64,000 nucleotides of DNA from an uncultured Chloroflexia bacterium (lineage in GTDB: Bacteria > Chloroflexota > UBA6077 > JACCZL01). The stretch spans positions 334,514 through 398,513 of the forward strand of contig CAVXYC010000001.1 of NCBI GenBank assembly GCA_963765765.1, read 5' to 3'. Position 1 is the stretch's first letter. The number at the start of each line of letters is the position of its first letter. This document shows positions 11,665 to 21,771 of this stretch, piece after piece. Position numbers and translations under genes: made by a program. Under the pieces are notes generated by a model, which saw only the letters and a program-made list of their open reading frames with translations, was not told the DNA's origin and did not search any database.

Positions 11665-12115
11665 TCCTCACCCCGCCGCGGCGCGCCACCTCCGCGCCCC
11701 AGCGCCGACCCACGCATCCCGTCCCGCGCGCCCGCTACGTAGCTCGGCGCACCAGGCGCTGCTGCTCGCGCGGCAGGTCCGCGTTCCACCCGCCACCACC
11801 GCCAGTTTCACTCGTGCCACCCGTCTCGATAGCGCACCAGCACGCCATCGGTCTCCGCACCAGCTCGACCTGAGCCGATCGATGGGCCGACGGGGCCTTG
11901 GTCCGGCCACCGTGGCGGCGTCATCCTGGAGCTGGGCGTCGAGCGCCTCGCAGCGATTCGGTGAGGCGGCGCAGCTCTCGGCCTCACCGGCACGGGTCAA
12001 CGTGGCGAGCTGCGCGCGGCGTGGCGAGCGCAGAGGCGCCAGGGACACCAGCATGCTGGAGGCGGTGCTGCTGCGTTGCTGCGGCGGCACGCCGAGGTGG
12101 AGTGGGGCCGTCGAT
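11665..12115 (-). mobile_element. degenerate ISKra4/UPF0236-like transposase remnant
   Basis: Fragments across frames: LGVPPQQRSS..MLVSL, ETDGVLVRYRDGWHE-VKLAVVAG, APSYVA...AEAARRG; very GC-rich with many frameshifts. Confidence 0.6.
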
Positions 12116-12118
12116 TAG

Positions 12119-12147
12119 TTGACTGAGCATCGAGCGTTAGGTAGCGT
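12119..12147 (+). promoter_or_regulatory. sigma70-type promoter of the second binding-protein paralog
   Basis: TTGACT-N17-TAGCGT. Confidence 0.65.
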
Positions 12148-12251
12148 TTCGATATCCGCTAAATGAGTAGGAGGAAGCCGCGAAGGGCAGTCGAATACGT
12201 GCTGACTGGTTGAGACTTGTAGATCCGTCCACGGCCAAGGGGGAATTCACC

Positions 12252-13512
12252 ATGGCTCGTCGAATCAGATCACGAATTAGCGGTGGCGAAGTAGATCGCC
12301 GTTACTTCTTACAGGTGCTTGTCGCGAGTGGAGGCGCCGCGCTTCTGTCAGCCTGTCAATCGGCCCCCGCGGCCGCTCCGACAACTGCTCCCAAGCCAGC
12401 TGCCCCGCAGACGGCCGTCCCTGCGCCCGCGGTTTCGACGGCACCGCCAGCGCAAGCCGCCCCCGCCGCCGCCCCTCCTGCCGAATGGGAAGAGCTGCAA
12501 CGCCTCGCCAAGCAAGAGGGCGAAGTCGTCATCTACATGGGTCGGGCGGCCTCCCGCCAGATCAGCCCGGTGTTCAAGCAGTTTGAAGAGAAGTTCGGCG
12601 TCAAGGTGACCAGTGTCATCGGCTCCGGTAGCGAGAACGCGGACAAAGTGGGCGCTGAGCGTGACACCGGCCTGTTCACCGGAGATATCTGGATGGGCGG
12701 CCTCACCTCCATGAACACCCAGTTGGCGCCGAGAGGCGCGCTGGATCCGATCGCGCCCGTACATGTTGCTCCCCGAGATCAAGGACCAATCGCTCTGGTG
12801 GGGGGGTAAGCATCTCTACGGCGACAAGACTCAGAATCTCATCTTCCTGTTCGCCGCCAGTCCGCCATCCTACCTGGCGTACAACACTCAGCTCGCCAAG
12901 GTGGATGAGATCCAATCATGGTGGGATTTGCTCGATCCCAAGTGGAAGGGCAAGATCGTGTCACGCGACCCGAGCGTAGCCGGCACGGGCGGAAGCATGG
13001 CGAGCTTCTACTTTACACCCAGTCTCGGACCCGAATTCCTGCGCAAGATTTACACCGAACAGGACGTCACACTCACTCGCGATGGGCGACAGGGCGCCGA
13101 GTGGCTGGCGCTCGGCAAGTACTCGCTCTACTTTGCCCCCGGGGGCAGCGATCCAGAGGAGCTAAAGGCGCAAGGTCTGCCCGTGGACACGGTCATGCGA
13201 CCGATGAAGGAGGGCGCCTGGGTAACCTCTGGCGGTACCGGCACCATCTCGCCGATGAACAAGGGGCCACATCCGAACGCCACCAAGCTATTCATCAACT
13301 GGTGGCTCGGCAAGGACGCTCAGCTAGCCTACCAGAAGGTCAATCCCATTGATGAGTCCCTCAGAGAAGACATCTCGAAGGACGACGTGATGCCCGAGTA
13401 TCGTCGTCGCCCAGGCGTCCAGTACATGCACATTGATGCCAATGCCGACATCATGGGACGGGACGGGGAGCCGAATGAATATATGAAGAAGGTGCTCGAG
13501 GGTAGAACCTAA
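12252..13512 (+). CDS. ABC transporter substrate-binding Tat lipoprotein, close paralog of 10179-11448 (frameshift near 12760)
   Basis: DRRYFL, LSAC; long identical peptides (GRAASRQISPVFKQFEEKFGVKVT, IQSWWDLLDPKWKGKIV). Confidence 0.88.
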
Positions 13513-13533
13513 ACGCGGGCTGCCGCAGAGCGC

Positions 13534-13579
13534 CGGTTTCTCGAGATCGCCAACTTAGGGTCGCGATCTTGAGAAACCG
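13534..13579. terminator. hairpin between convergent genes
   Basis: CGGTTTCTCGAGATCGC ... GCGATCTTGAGAAACCG. Confidence 0.6.
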
Positions 13580-13625
13580 CGCCATTGTACGTGCACTCCA
13601 GCACTTCGCGCCCACCGTTGCCGGA

Positions 13626-14600
13626 TTATCTCGTGAGCTCGCTTCCCCGTAGCAGAGCCTTCTCCGCCTCCGCGACGATCCGCCCCACAATTTCGGCCGC
13701 GGGCAAAACTTCGTGGATCATTCCCGCCGTCTGACCGGCAAACGGCAGAAGCTCGTGCAGCCGCCCCTGGCGGAGAGCCGAGACCACCTCGCCGCGTATG
13801 CGCTCAGCTTCTTGCTGTGCCTCGTCGCGCCGGCCGCGCCACTTTTCCACAAATGGAGACGCGATCAGGCGCGGTACCACTGAATACGCACTACCACTTG
13901 CCGGCGCGAAGAACGCCGACCACTCCTCGAATCGCGTGACCTCTTCAGACTCCGCCGCCAGGATGGCTTGTTTCCAATTCGCGTGGGCCGAGGTTTCTAC
14001 GGATGCCAGGAACCTTGTGCCAATGTTCACGCCCTGCGCTCCCAGGACCAGCGCAGCCGCGAGCCCACGCCCGTCGGCGATCCCGCCTGCCGCCAGAACG
14101 GGGATGGGTGCTACCGCGTCCACGATCTGAGGTACGAGGGCCAGTCCACCAACTCCCAGGGCAGGTCCCTGACCACCGGCCTCACTACCCTGGGCGACAA
14201 TCGCGTCCACGCCGAGCTCTGCCGTCACACGCGACTGTTGCACGGTATGCACCTGGTGGACGACCAGAGCCCCTGCTTCGCGGGCGCGCCGTACGAGGTC
14301 TCCTGGGTCTCCAAGGGCGAATGAGATCACCTTGGGCCGGGCATCGAGCGTGAGAGAGAACGCCTCCTCGTTTAACGACGGCACGACGTGATTCACCGCG
14401 AATGGCGCGTTCGTTAGCTGCCTCACACGCTCGATCTGTCTTCCGAGGCTCTCGGCCGACTCGTTGACCGCACCGATGCTGCCTAGGCCGCCGGCGTTCG
14501 ATACGGCCGCCACAAGCTCCGGCGCGGATGCCGGCCAGATGGGTGCCTGCACGATTGGATGGTCGATGCCGAAGAGATCACATATTTGTGTGCGTAACAT
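13626..14600 (-). CDS. nitronate monooxygenase / FabK-like FMN oxidoreductase
   Basis: PIVQAP, LVAAVSNAGGLG, QGSEAGG, VLAAGGIADGRG, GTRFLAS, AGQ. Confidence 0.9.
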   Translation of the reverse strand: MLRTQICDLFGIDHPIVQAPIWPASAPELVAAVSNAGGLGSIGAVNESAESLGRQIERVRQLTNAPFAVNHVVPSLNEEAFSLTLDARPKVISFALGDPGDLVRRAREAGALVVHQVHTVQQSRVTAELGVDAIVAQGSEAGGQGPALGVGGLALVPQIVDAVAPIPVLAAGGIADGRGLAAALVLGAQGVNIGTRFLASVETSAHANWKQAILAAESEEVTRFEEWSAFFAPASGSAYSVVPRLIASPFVEKWRGRRDEAQQEAERIRGEVVSALRQGRLHELLPFAGQTAGMIHEVLPAAEIVGRIVAEAEKALLRGSELTR

Positions 14601-14632
14601 AGCCGTATCCAAATGAAGCGATACGCCGGAGG

Positions 14633-15562
14633 CTAAACCTCCGCGAAGAGCTCCTCCGCCGAGGGAGCGCTCGGAAGGATCTCCTGTTCAACGAGCGCTT
14701 TGACGAGCAGATCGATCGAGTGCTTGTTCGCCTTGACTCCGTACGGAAGCGGATCGCCACCAATGACCGAGGCCTGCCAGAGGATGCGCTCATCCGCGGG
14801 GGTGTTTGCCGTTCCCGCCTTCAACGCCCCGAGATAGACATCGCGCGATGCTTCGAAGAGTCGATAAAGCTCACCAGCGAGCCAGGGATACTCATTGATG
14901 AGAGCGTCCTTGACCACCAGAAAGGAAACCAGCGGATAGTCCAGCGTGCGGCGATACGAGACCTCTTCCACAGGACGAGGATCCGGGATGAGCAGCTTGA
15001 CTCCGTCAGTCTGAGGCAGGCCACCAGCGATGCCGGCATCGATCTCCCCACCGATGAGCATGTCGTTGAGCTTCTTGCCCGCCGGCGCGCGTGAGACGAT
15101 AAGCGGCTCGTGATACTCCGCCACGTGCGGGTCTTCGTACGAGACGTAGCGGATAGCCTTGAGGTCCACATCGTAATCCGTCCGCAGAACGATGCGGCCA
15201 TAGACGCCGGTGGTGATAGTCCATGAGCCGACCCCAGCCGTTCGACCTTCCAGATCCTTCGGTTCTCGAATGCCGGAGGCCACGTTGTAGGCCATCACCC
15301 CATGATGGAAATGCCGATCCAGAAACACGGGTAGCGCCGTCACCGGCTTGCCCACGGATCGCGCAACCAGATAGGTCGTGGGTGACATCTGGCACAGGTC
15401 ATAGGCCTGGTCGCGCACCATTCGTGGATAGGCGTCATTCACGCGAGGCATATCGACAAACTCAAGCTGCACGCGATCGGATTGGATGTCGCCATCCTTT
15501 AGCGCCTTTGTCCAGGGCGCCGTGGCCAGCACGGTGGAGAGTTTCAGTGGTGCTCCCGACAT
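14633..15562 (-). CDS. 4,5-dihydroxyphthalate decarboxylase-like protein (Pht5/OphC family, PBP2 fold)
   Basis: TKALKDG, YDLCQMS..TYL.A, ALPVFL.RHFHHG, PKDLEG, WTITTGVY.R, DPLPYG..AN. Confidence 0.75.
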   Translation of the reverse strand: MSGAPLKLSTVLATAPWTKALKDGDIQSDRVQLEFVDMPRVNDAYPRMVRDQAYDLCQMSPTTYLVARSVGKPVTALPVFLDRHFHHGVMAYNVASGIREPKDLEGRTAGVGSWTITTGVYGRIVLRTDYDVDLKAIRYVSYEDPHVAEYHEPLIVSRAPAGKKLNDMLIGGEIDAGIAGGLPQTDGVKLLIPDPRPVEEVSYRRTLDYPLVSFLVVKDALINEYPWLAGELYRLFEASRDVYLGALKAGTANTPADERILWQASVIGGDPLPYGVKANKHSIDLLVKALVEQEILPSAPSAEELFAEV

Positions 15563-15716
15563 GTCAGGCTCCCCTGTGATTCATTGGTCGGACGGCACGA
15601 AGATCGACGAGATCGTCATGCCGGACTGCAGCTCGAGTGTACTCCTCGGCGGCCTCCGGCCTGGGAGACGGGGCGTCCCGCCGTCCCAGGCTTGCCGTTC
15701 TCTGCCTCGGTGCGCG

Positions 15717-16347
15717 CTAGCGACTCATGAGCCCGATCGCCTCGTCCACCGTCATCACCCGCGCGAAGAGCGGGAAGATCTCATTCATATACATATCGAA
15801 CACGGACTTGCGACCCGAGCTACAGGCGTCGCGCAGGATGATCTGATTGAAGTCCAGGTCTCTGGCCGCGCGAGCAGTGTTTGCGAGTCCCACCTCTACG
15901 GATCCCCCGGCGAGCATGAGCGTGTCGATGCCGGCGGTGCGCAGGCTCAGCTCGAAGTGCGTTTGAAAGAATGCGCTCCAACGATGCTTCTTGATAACGT
16001 AGTCGCCGGGTTGCGGAGCGATCTCGTTCAGGATCTCCGTCCCGGGGGCTCCAGCGATCGCCGCGGATGGGAGGCTCCGCTTGGGGCCGGAACCTGGCTC
16101 GCCGTGGATGCCCGCATCAACGATGAGTGACGCGGAATCGCGGAAGTCCGGCCGATGGTCAGCGCCCGGATAGAACACGGCAATTCCGGCAGCGCGACTG
16201 GCCGTGTTGATTCTCTTGAAGGCATTCGACAATTCCCGACGCCTCGACCTCGGCGCGCTTCACGGGGTCCTCGGGCTGGTAATACAGCTTCAGACAGTCA
16301 AAGAAGACCAGTGCCGTTTTTGATGGCTCGATCGGAAATTCGGGCAT
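15717..16347 (-). CDS. isochorismatase-family hydrolase (frameshift near 16225)
   Basis: KTALVFFDC, IKKHRWSAFFQT, GGSVEVGLANTARAARD, ILRDACS. Confidence 0.85.
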
Positions 16348-16371
16348 CGCTGTTTCCCTCTCTCTCCGAGA

Positions 16372-17001
16372 TCAGGCGTTGATCAAGGCGATCGCATCGT
16401 CCACATCCATCACGCGGGCGTAAATAGGAAACACGCGCGTCATGAATATGTCCTTTACTTCCGGGCGCATGGAGCTGCAGGCATCGCGCAGAACGATCTG
16501 GTTGAAATCCATATCACGGCCCGCGTAAGCGGTGCTGGCGATTCCCACTTCAATGGCACCGCCGGCCAGCAGAATGGTGTCGATGCCTGCTGTGCGTAGG
16601 CTGAGCTCGAAGTGCGTCTGGAAAAACGTGCTCCAGCGGTGCTTCTTGATAACGTAGTCGCCCGGCTGGGGGGCGATCTCGGGGATGACCTGAGAGCCGG
16701 TGCTGTCTCCTACCACGGGCGGTGGCATGGTCTTTCTCGGTGGATCGCCCGGACTGCCCGTGTAGCCAAGATCAGCGATGTGCGGCGCAAAGTCTTTGTG
16801 GTCGGGGCGATGATCCGCCTGTGCATAGAACACCGAGATGCCCGCCTCACGACAGGCGGAATTGATTTTCTGGAGCGTTGGAATGATTCCTGACGCGTCC
16901 ACGGCGGCCTGCTTCTCAGGGTCGTCAGGATGCAAATAAATATTGAGACAGTCGAAGAAGAGCAACGCTGTCTTCGATGGGATGATCGGGAACTCAGCCA
17001 C
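16372..17001 (-). CDS. isochorismatase-family hydrolase
   Basis: KTALLFFDC, IKKHRWSTFFQT, GGAIEVGIASTA, VLRDACS; tandem paralog of the downstream gene. Confidence 0.9.
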   Translation of the reverse strand: MAEFPIIPSKTALLFFDCLNIYLHPDDPEKQAAVDASGIIPTLQKINSACREAGISVFYAQADHRPDHKDFAPHIADLGYTGSPGDPPRKTMPPPVVGDSTGSQVIPEIAPQPGDYVIKKHRWSTFFQTHFELSLRTAGIDTILLAGGAIEVGIASTAYAGRDMDFNQIVLRDACSSMRPEVKDIFMTRVFPIYARVMDVDDAIALINA

Positions 17002-17093
17002 GGTGGACCTCCATGCGATTAGGCCTAAACATTGATGGATGGATTGTCGGAATTTCGAGCTGCTTCATCCACAGACGCAGCTCACAGGCTGTT

Positions 17094-18317
17094 TTACTGA
17101 ACCGCGCGTTTGAGCACCGGTTCCTGCTTCGTCCAGAATTCAAACTCGCGCTCTTTGAGCTGTCGAAATTCGCGTGCTGAAACCGGGGACAGCTCGGACT
17201 CGAACCCCGACGTCTTTGTCCATTCGAGGAACGTCGGGTCCGCGGCAGCCCTGAGCGTGGCCCGCTCCAGTATGTCCAGGATCTCGGCTGGCGTGCCGGG
17301 CGGCGCCGCGAAGCCGGAACGCATCGCCCCAACGCCCTCGATGGTCTCTTGATTCGGCAATCCCAGCTCGCGTGCGTTGGGGACATCCGGAAGGAGCGGG
17401 CTCCGCCCGTCCTGTGGCCACAGGACGGCCACCGGTCGCGAGTCACCCGACTGAATAAAGGGCAGGCCGGATGACACGCCCGCATTGATGAACACGTCCA
17501 GGTCCCCACGGGCCATCGCTGGCATGAGATCGCCGGTTCCGGCGAAGCCGCCCACGTGAACCACGTTCTGCAATCCCAACGCCGCCGCGACCACGGCATG
17601 AGTGGACAAGAAACCGCCGAGCCCGTTGTGGCCCATACGGATGCGCTGCCCAGCTTTGTCCGCCGCGATGATGTCCGCCACGGATTTGAACGGCGCGTCT
17701 CTTCCTACTACCAGGACGGACGGGCTGTGATAGCGAAGGCCAGCCACCCAGCTCCATTTCGAGAGATCCACTCCCTGCGGGTCCTCGACGAAAGCACTCA
17801 CAAAGAGCTGGGTGTCCGAAAAATAGCCCATAGTATAGCCATCTGGCGGTGATGACTGAAACTGGCGCGCGCCGATGCGCTGACCGCCGCCCGGGACGTT
17901 CTTGATGGCCACGGGCTGGCCAAGCTCCTTCTGGAGCGGGATGGCGATCTGCCGCGCCAGCGCGTCAAACCCGCCGCCGGGCGGAAACGGCAGCACGATC
18001 TCGATGGGCTTATTGGGAAAGCCGCCCGCGGTTTTGGCAATGGGTGGCGGGAGCGGCGCCGAACTGACCGCCGCTGCCGGTGATGCTGCCGGTGAGCTGG
18101 CCGGCGCTGGCGAGCCAACCGGTGATGCCGCAGGTGAGCCCGCGGGCGCAGGTGCAGGCGTGGCCGCGGGCTTCGCCGTTGGCGACGGAGCAGCCGCGGG
18201 AGCGCACGCGACTATCGCGGCCAGCATTGTAAGAAGTGCCAGCGACGTGAACGAGCGGGACCCGAAACCGCAAAGCGAGACTGCGAAGAACGACGGGCGA
18301 TTCAACCTCATTGCCAC
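17094..18317 (-). CDS. tripartite tricarboxylate transporter substrate-binding lipoprotein (TctC/Bug family)
   Basis: IVAC lipobox; FPNKPIEIVLPFPPGGGFD, NVPGGG..IG, PPDGYT, LPDVP, APPGTP. Confidence 0.9.
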   Translation of the reverse strand: MAMRLNRPSFFAVSLCGFGSRSFTSLALLTMLAAIVACAPAAAPSPTAKPAATPAPAPAGSPAASPVGSPAPASSPAASPAAAVSSAPLPPPIAKTAGGFPNKPIEIVLPFPPGGGFDALARQIAIPLQKELGQPVAIKNVPGGGQRIGARQFQSSPPDGYTMGYFSDTQLFVSAFVEDPQGVDLSKWSWVAGLRYHSPSVLVVGRDAPFKSVADIIAADKAGQRIRMGHNGLGGFLSTHAVVAAALGLQNVVHVGGFAGTGDLMPAMARGDLDVFINAGVSSGLPFIQSGDSRPVAVLWPQDGRSPLLPDVPNARELGLPNQETIEGVGAMRSGFAAPPGTPAEILDILERATLRAAADPTFLEWTKTSGFESELSPVSAREFRQLKEREFEFWTKQEPVLKRAVQ

Positions 18318-18661
18318 ATCCCTCAGCTCAAACGAGCAGCAGCTTCGTACCGCGATCCCCGGTGCTTGTCAAGCATAGGATGGGCGAGCGGGGACAGACC
18401 CTGGGGAGACAGCCGGCAGTCTGGCCAAGCGAGGTCACTGAATCCAGTTGCGCCAAAGCTCCTCTGCTCGGTCTGCGATTTCACGACCGATGATTTGACG
18501 CAGTACGGTGCGATGTCTCTTGTCGTAGTATTCTCAGCGGCAATGTATCCACTGTTTCGGTTTCATGATGCCGACAACCACCCGCTAGGCGTGCTGATGA
18601 AGAAGGGATTCGCGTTGAGCGTTGTCGAGTTCAAGCTCCGAGCTCGGGAGATTGAATTCCG

Positions 18662-19650
18662 ATGCAGGTAGCCCCGGGCATTGAGAGCATCCGATTACCC
18701 ATGCCGGATAGCTTTACGACCTCGGTGAACGTCTACCTGATTCGTGACAACGATGGTTTCGTTCTGGTCGATACCGGTCTGAGATCGACGACTCAAGAGA
18801 GACGCTCGTGGCCGCGCTTGCCGACCTGGGAACCACGCCCGACGATATCCACACGGTTGTCTCCACGCACGGGCATCACGATCACTACGGATTGGCGGCG
18901 CACCTCGGTCGGGAGCATGGTACCCGCATCTGGCTCCATGAGAGTGACTGGGCCTATATCAAGCTTCGCTATGGTTCTCCCGACTCGTTTCGCTCCATGC
19001 AGCTCGAATGGCTCACGCGATATGGGATGCCCGAGGATGTAGGAGCCCGAGCTACTCGTTCGCTGGGAATGGGTACTCAATCCATTTCCCTCGTTGAACC
19101 CGACCGCACACTGACCGGCGGTGAAACGCTTGATGTTGGCCCGTATCACTTCGAGGTCCAGTGGACTCCGGGACATACGCCGGGACACGTATGTCTGCTG
19201 GACCGTCAACACGAGCTGCTCTTTTCCGGCGACCACATTCTGCCCACTATCAACTCGAATGTGAGCCTTCAGCCCTATTCCAGTGTCAACCCTTTGCCCG
19301 GTTACTTGGACTCATTAAGAGAATTAGCGACGACGCCCATCCGTCTGACTATGCCGGGTCACGGCGACTCCATGACGACCGTGTCAGACCGCGCTCACCA
19401 AATCGCGCAGCACCAGCTTAAGCGACGCGAGCGTCTCCTTGACGTAATTGCAACGCGGGCCCAGACACCATACGAGCTCGCGGCGTTCATCTGGGCCGAA
19501 AGCAAGCCGAATAATTGGGATCAGTTCCCGGATTTTCTGCGCCGCAATGCGGTCGGGACGCTCATCGCACATCTAGAGCAGTTGGCGGATGAGGGGCTGG
19601 TGTCGCGCGAGGAGGACCAGACCGTAAGGTTCGCATCGCTCGCGGGCTAG
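18662..19650 (+). CDS. MBL-fold metallo-hydrolase (frameshift near 18800)
   Basis: VNVYLI, LVDTG, THGHHDHYG, TPGHTPGH, FSGDHIL, PGHG. Confidence 0.9.
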
Positions 19651-19671
19651 TGGCCGGGCAGATGCCGAACA

Positions 19672-20064
19672 TTACGTGCGAACGAGGCGAGCCACGGTTT
19701 GGAGAAGATCTTCCAGCTCAAAGGGCTTGGGGAGAACGTCAACACCGCTTTCGCGCAGATCGGAGGCCGTTTCTAGAAGATGTGCTCCGGCGGTGCAAAT
19801 GAGTATGGGGAGCGCGGCCGTTTCGGGTGAGCCCTTGATGGCGCGAAACAGTGCTTCACCGTTCATGGATCCGCGGATGAGCCAGTCGATGAGCACCAGG
19901 GACGGCGGAGATGAGGTCAATGCTGATAACGCGGAGGCGGCGTCACCAAAGCTCGAGGTTTGATAGCCTTCTCCATCGAGAATTGCACAGATGACCTCGC
20001 AGATCGTCGGATCGTCATCAACCACAACGATCACCTGATTCTCCGCCTGAGATGCTGTGTTCAT
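19672..20064 (-). CDS. single-domain response regulator (receiver only)
   Basis: IVVVDDD, SLVLIDW, ILICTA, KPF. Confidence 0.88.
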   Translation of the reverse strand: MNTASQAENQVIVVVDDDPTICEVICAILDGEGYQTSSFGDAASALSALTSSPPSLVLIDWLIRGSMNGEALFRAIKGSPETAALPILICTAGAHLLETASDLRESGVDVLPKPFELEDLLQTVARLVRT

Positions 20065-20201
20065 TCGACTCGGCACCATACCAGGCCAATACCCGTGTGT
20101 CTGTACGGTTGATGACTTAGCAGCCGAAGTTATGTAGAAATACATAAAGTCTGTGCGAGGACTTCCCCGCGGCCGATATGGGGCAACGTGGTCTGAGAAG
20201 C

Positions 20202-21050
20202 TCAGATACGCGAAGCCCGGCACTCAAGGACCGTGACTGGCGTCCGCTCGAGCGCTTCCCGAAATGCCTCGACGGAAGCGTAGCGTTGATCGGGAATGAG
20301 CTTCGCTGGCAGTGGGAATATGCCGGGCGAGTCGTCGAATGGGTAGGGATCGAGCGTCATCGAGAGCTCACCCGCGGCGGTGCATTGAAGCCTCGTTTCC
20401 GAATCGTTCGGCAGGGGCAATGGGGCAAGTTCTCCACCAGCGGCGAGACGGAATGTGTACAGGATGGAGAGTCGGTCCCATATCTGTAGTAGACGGTAGT
20501 TCCGCCAGAGCTCAGTTTCATCAGTGATGTCCGAGCGCATCGGTCGGCCGAGAACTGTGGGAGCGAGTGTGCGGCGCAAATCCTCTTGCTCGGCCAGAAA
20601 CGTTTCTGCCAGGGCCCGCTCGTCGGTATTCCAGGTTCGCGGCATTGGCGCCGTGCCAAAGCGGTTGTTATAGAGGCCACTCAAATGCAGACTCACCAGC
20701 ATCCCCTGGAACGGTCCACGCGCAAGCGCTTGCTCAACGCACCCACGGTACATTGGCACCTGGTAGTGCGGGGAGAGCTCACGGAAGTCCCGCGGCCAAC
20801 CGGTCTCGGGATTCAACGGAGGGTACGTGTCCGTGGCCCAGCCGCCATCGTGAACCGTAGCGGCTTCAAGGACGTTTGAGCGAGGAGACGGCTGTGAGAC
20901 GACGTCATTCCCCCAGTGGTGTGCGAATTCGCCGACCTGACGACTGTGATCGGTGAGATGCACCACCAGGAGCTGACCTCTGAACCGCTGAAGTATGAGC
21001 ACGTCCTCATCATCCTGCGCCTCAGGGGCCGCCTCGTCAAGCGTTGTGAC
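20202..21050 (-). CDS. DUF3891 family protein (start uncertain)
   Basis: DHSRQVGEFAHHWG, HDGGW, LVSLH, LLQIWDRLS, TLDPYPF. Confidence 0.75.
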   Translation of the reverse strand, partial: VTTLDEAAPEAQDDEDVLILQRFRGQLLVVHLTDHSRQVGEFAHHWGNDVVSQPSPRSNVLEAATVHDGGWATDTYPPLNPETGWPRDFRELSPHYQVPMYRGCVEQALARGPFQGMLVSLHLSGLYNNRFGTAPMPRTWNTDERALAETFLAEQEDLRRTLAPTVLGRPMRSDITDETELWRNYRLLQIWDRLSILYTFRLAAGGELAPLPLPNDSETRLQCTAAGELSMTLDPYPFDDSPGIFPLPAKLIPDQRYASVEAFREALERTPVTVLECRASRI

Positions 21051-21180
21051 CGTCAGTCCTTCCATTGGGCTGAGTAGAAGTCCCGCTTCGCCCACGCGAT
21101 GGATCATTCGGCACAATTGACACTGTTCCAAATGTGGCCTAGGCTCGTGCTAGGCCAGCGACCGCAAGAGGAGGTGAGCC

Positions 21181-21723
21181 ATGGCGTCATTGGACCCCAT
21201 CGATATACCGGTGAATGCGAATCCGTACACGCTGCCGGCGGATCGGCACGGCTGGCGCGGTTTGAGCTTGCCGGGGCATCGGCGGCGCAAGTGGTACACA
21301 TTGCTGCACAACGACACTGTCCTGGTGACCGCCCTCCTGCTCATTCCGGGCGAGGCCAGCGTGCGGCATTCACACGAAACGGGCGAGCTCTCCATCCAGT
21401 ACGACGGTGTGATGAAACCTCGCGTGCTCTGGCACCCTCCCGGGGAGATCCACAGTGGCGCGCCGGCAAGCGCCCCGGACGAAGCAGCCCGCCAGGCGGC
21501 GGAAGACCAAGCCCTGCGTGGCGCTGATGGGTCGCCAATGGCGGAGCTCCTGGAGAGGCTTGTCATTGACAACCGCGAAATGCGCGCCAAGCTCGACGCA
21601 ATATCCCAGTCTCAGCGCGAGCCACGCATCATCGTGGACGTGTTGTTTCCACCGTTCAAGACGACAATTGACGATCCCGACTATCCAGAGCAGGTCACTA
21701 TTGCAGGTCAGTGGTACGACTAA
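21181..21723 (+). CDS. cupin-like protein with helical insertion
   Basis: GAGGAGG RBS; PGEASVRHSHETGE, HPPGEIH, then DVLFPP after a roughly 55-aa insert. Confidence 0.6.
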   Translation: MASLDPIDIPVNANPYTLPADRHGWRGLSLPGHRRRKWYTLLHNDTVLVTALLLIPGEASVRHSHETGELSIQYDGVMKPRVLWHPPGEIHSGAPASAPDEAARQAAEDQALRGADGSPMAELLERLVIDNREMRAKLDAISQSQREPRIIVDVLFPPFKTTIDDPDYPEQVTIAGQWYD

Positions 21724-21771
21724 GCCCGCGGAGTAGACGGCGGGAGACCGCAGTAATAATGGGAGAACGCA

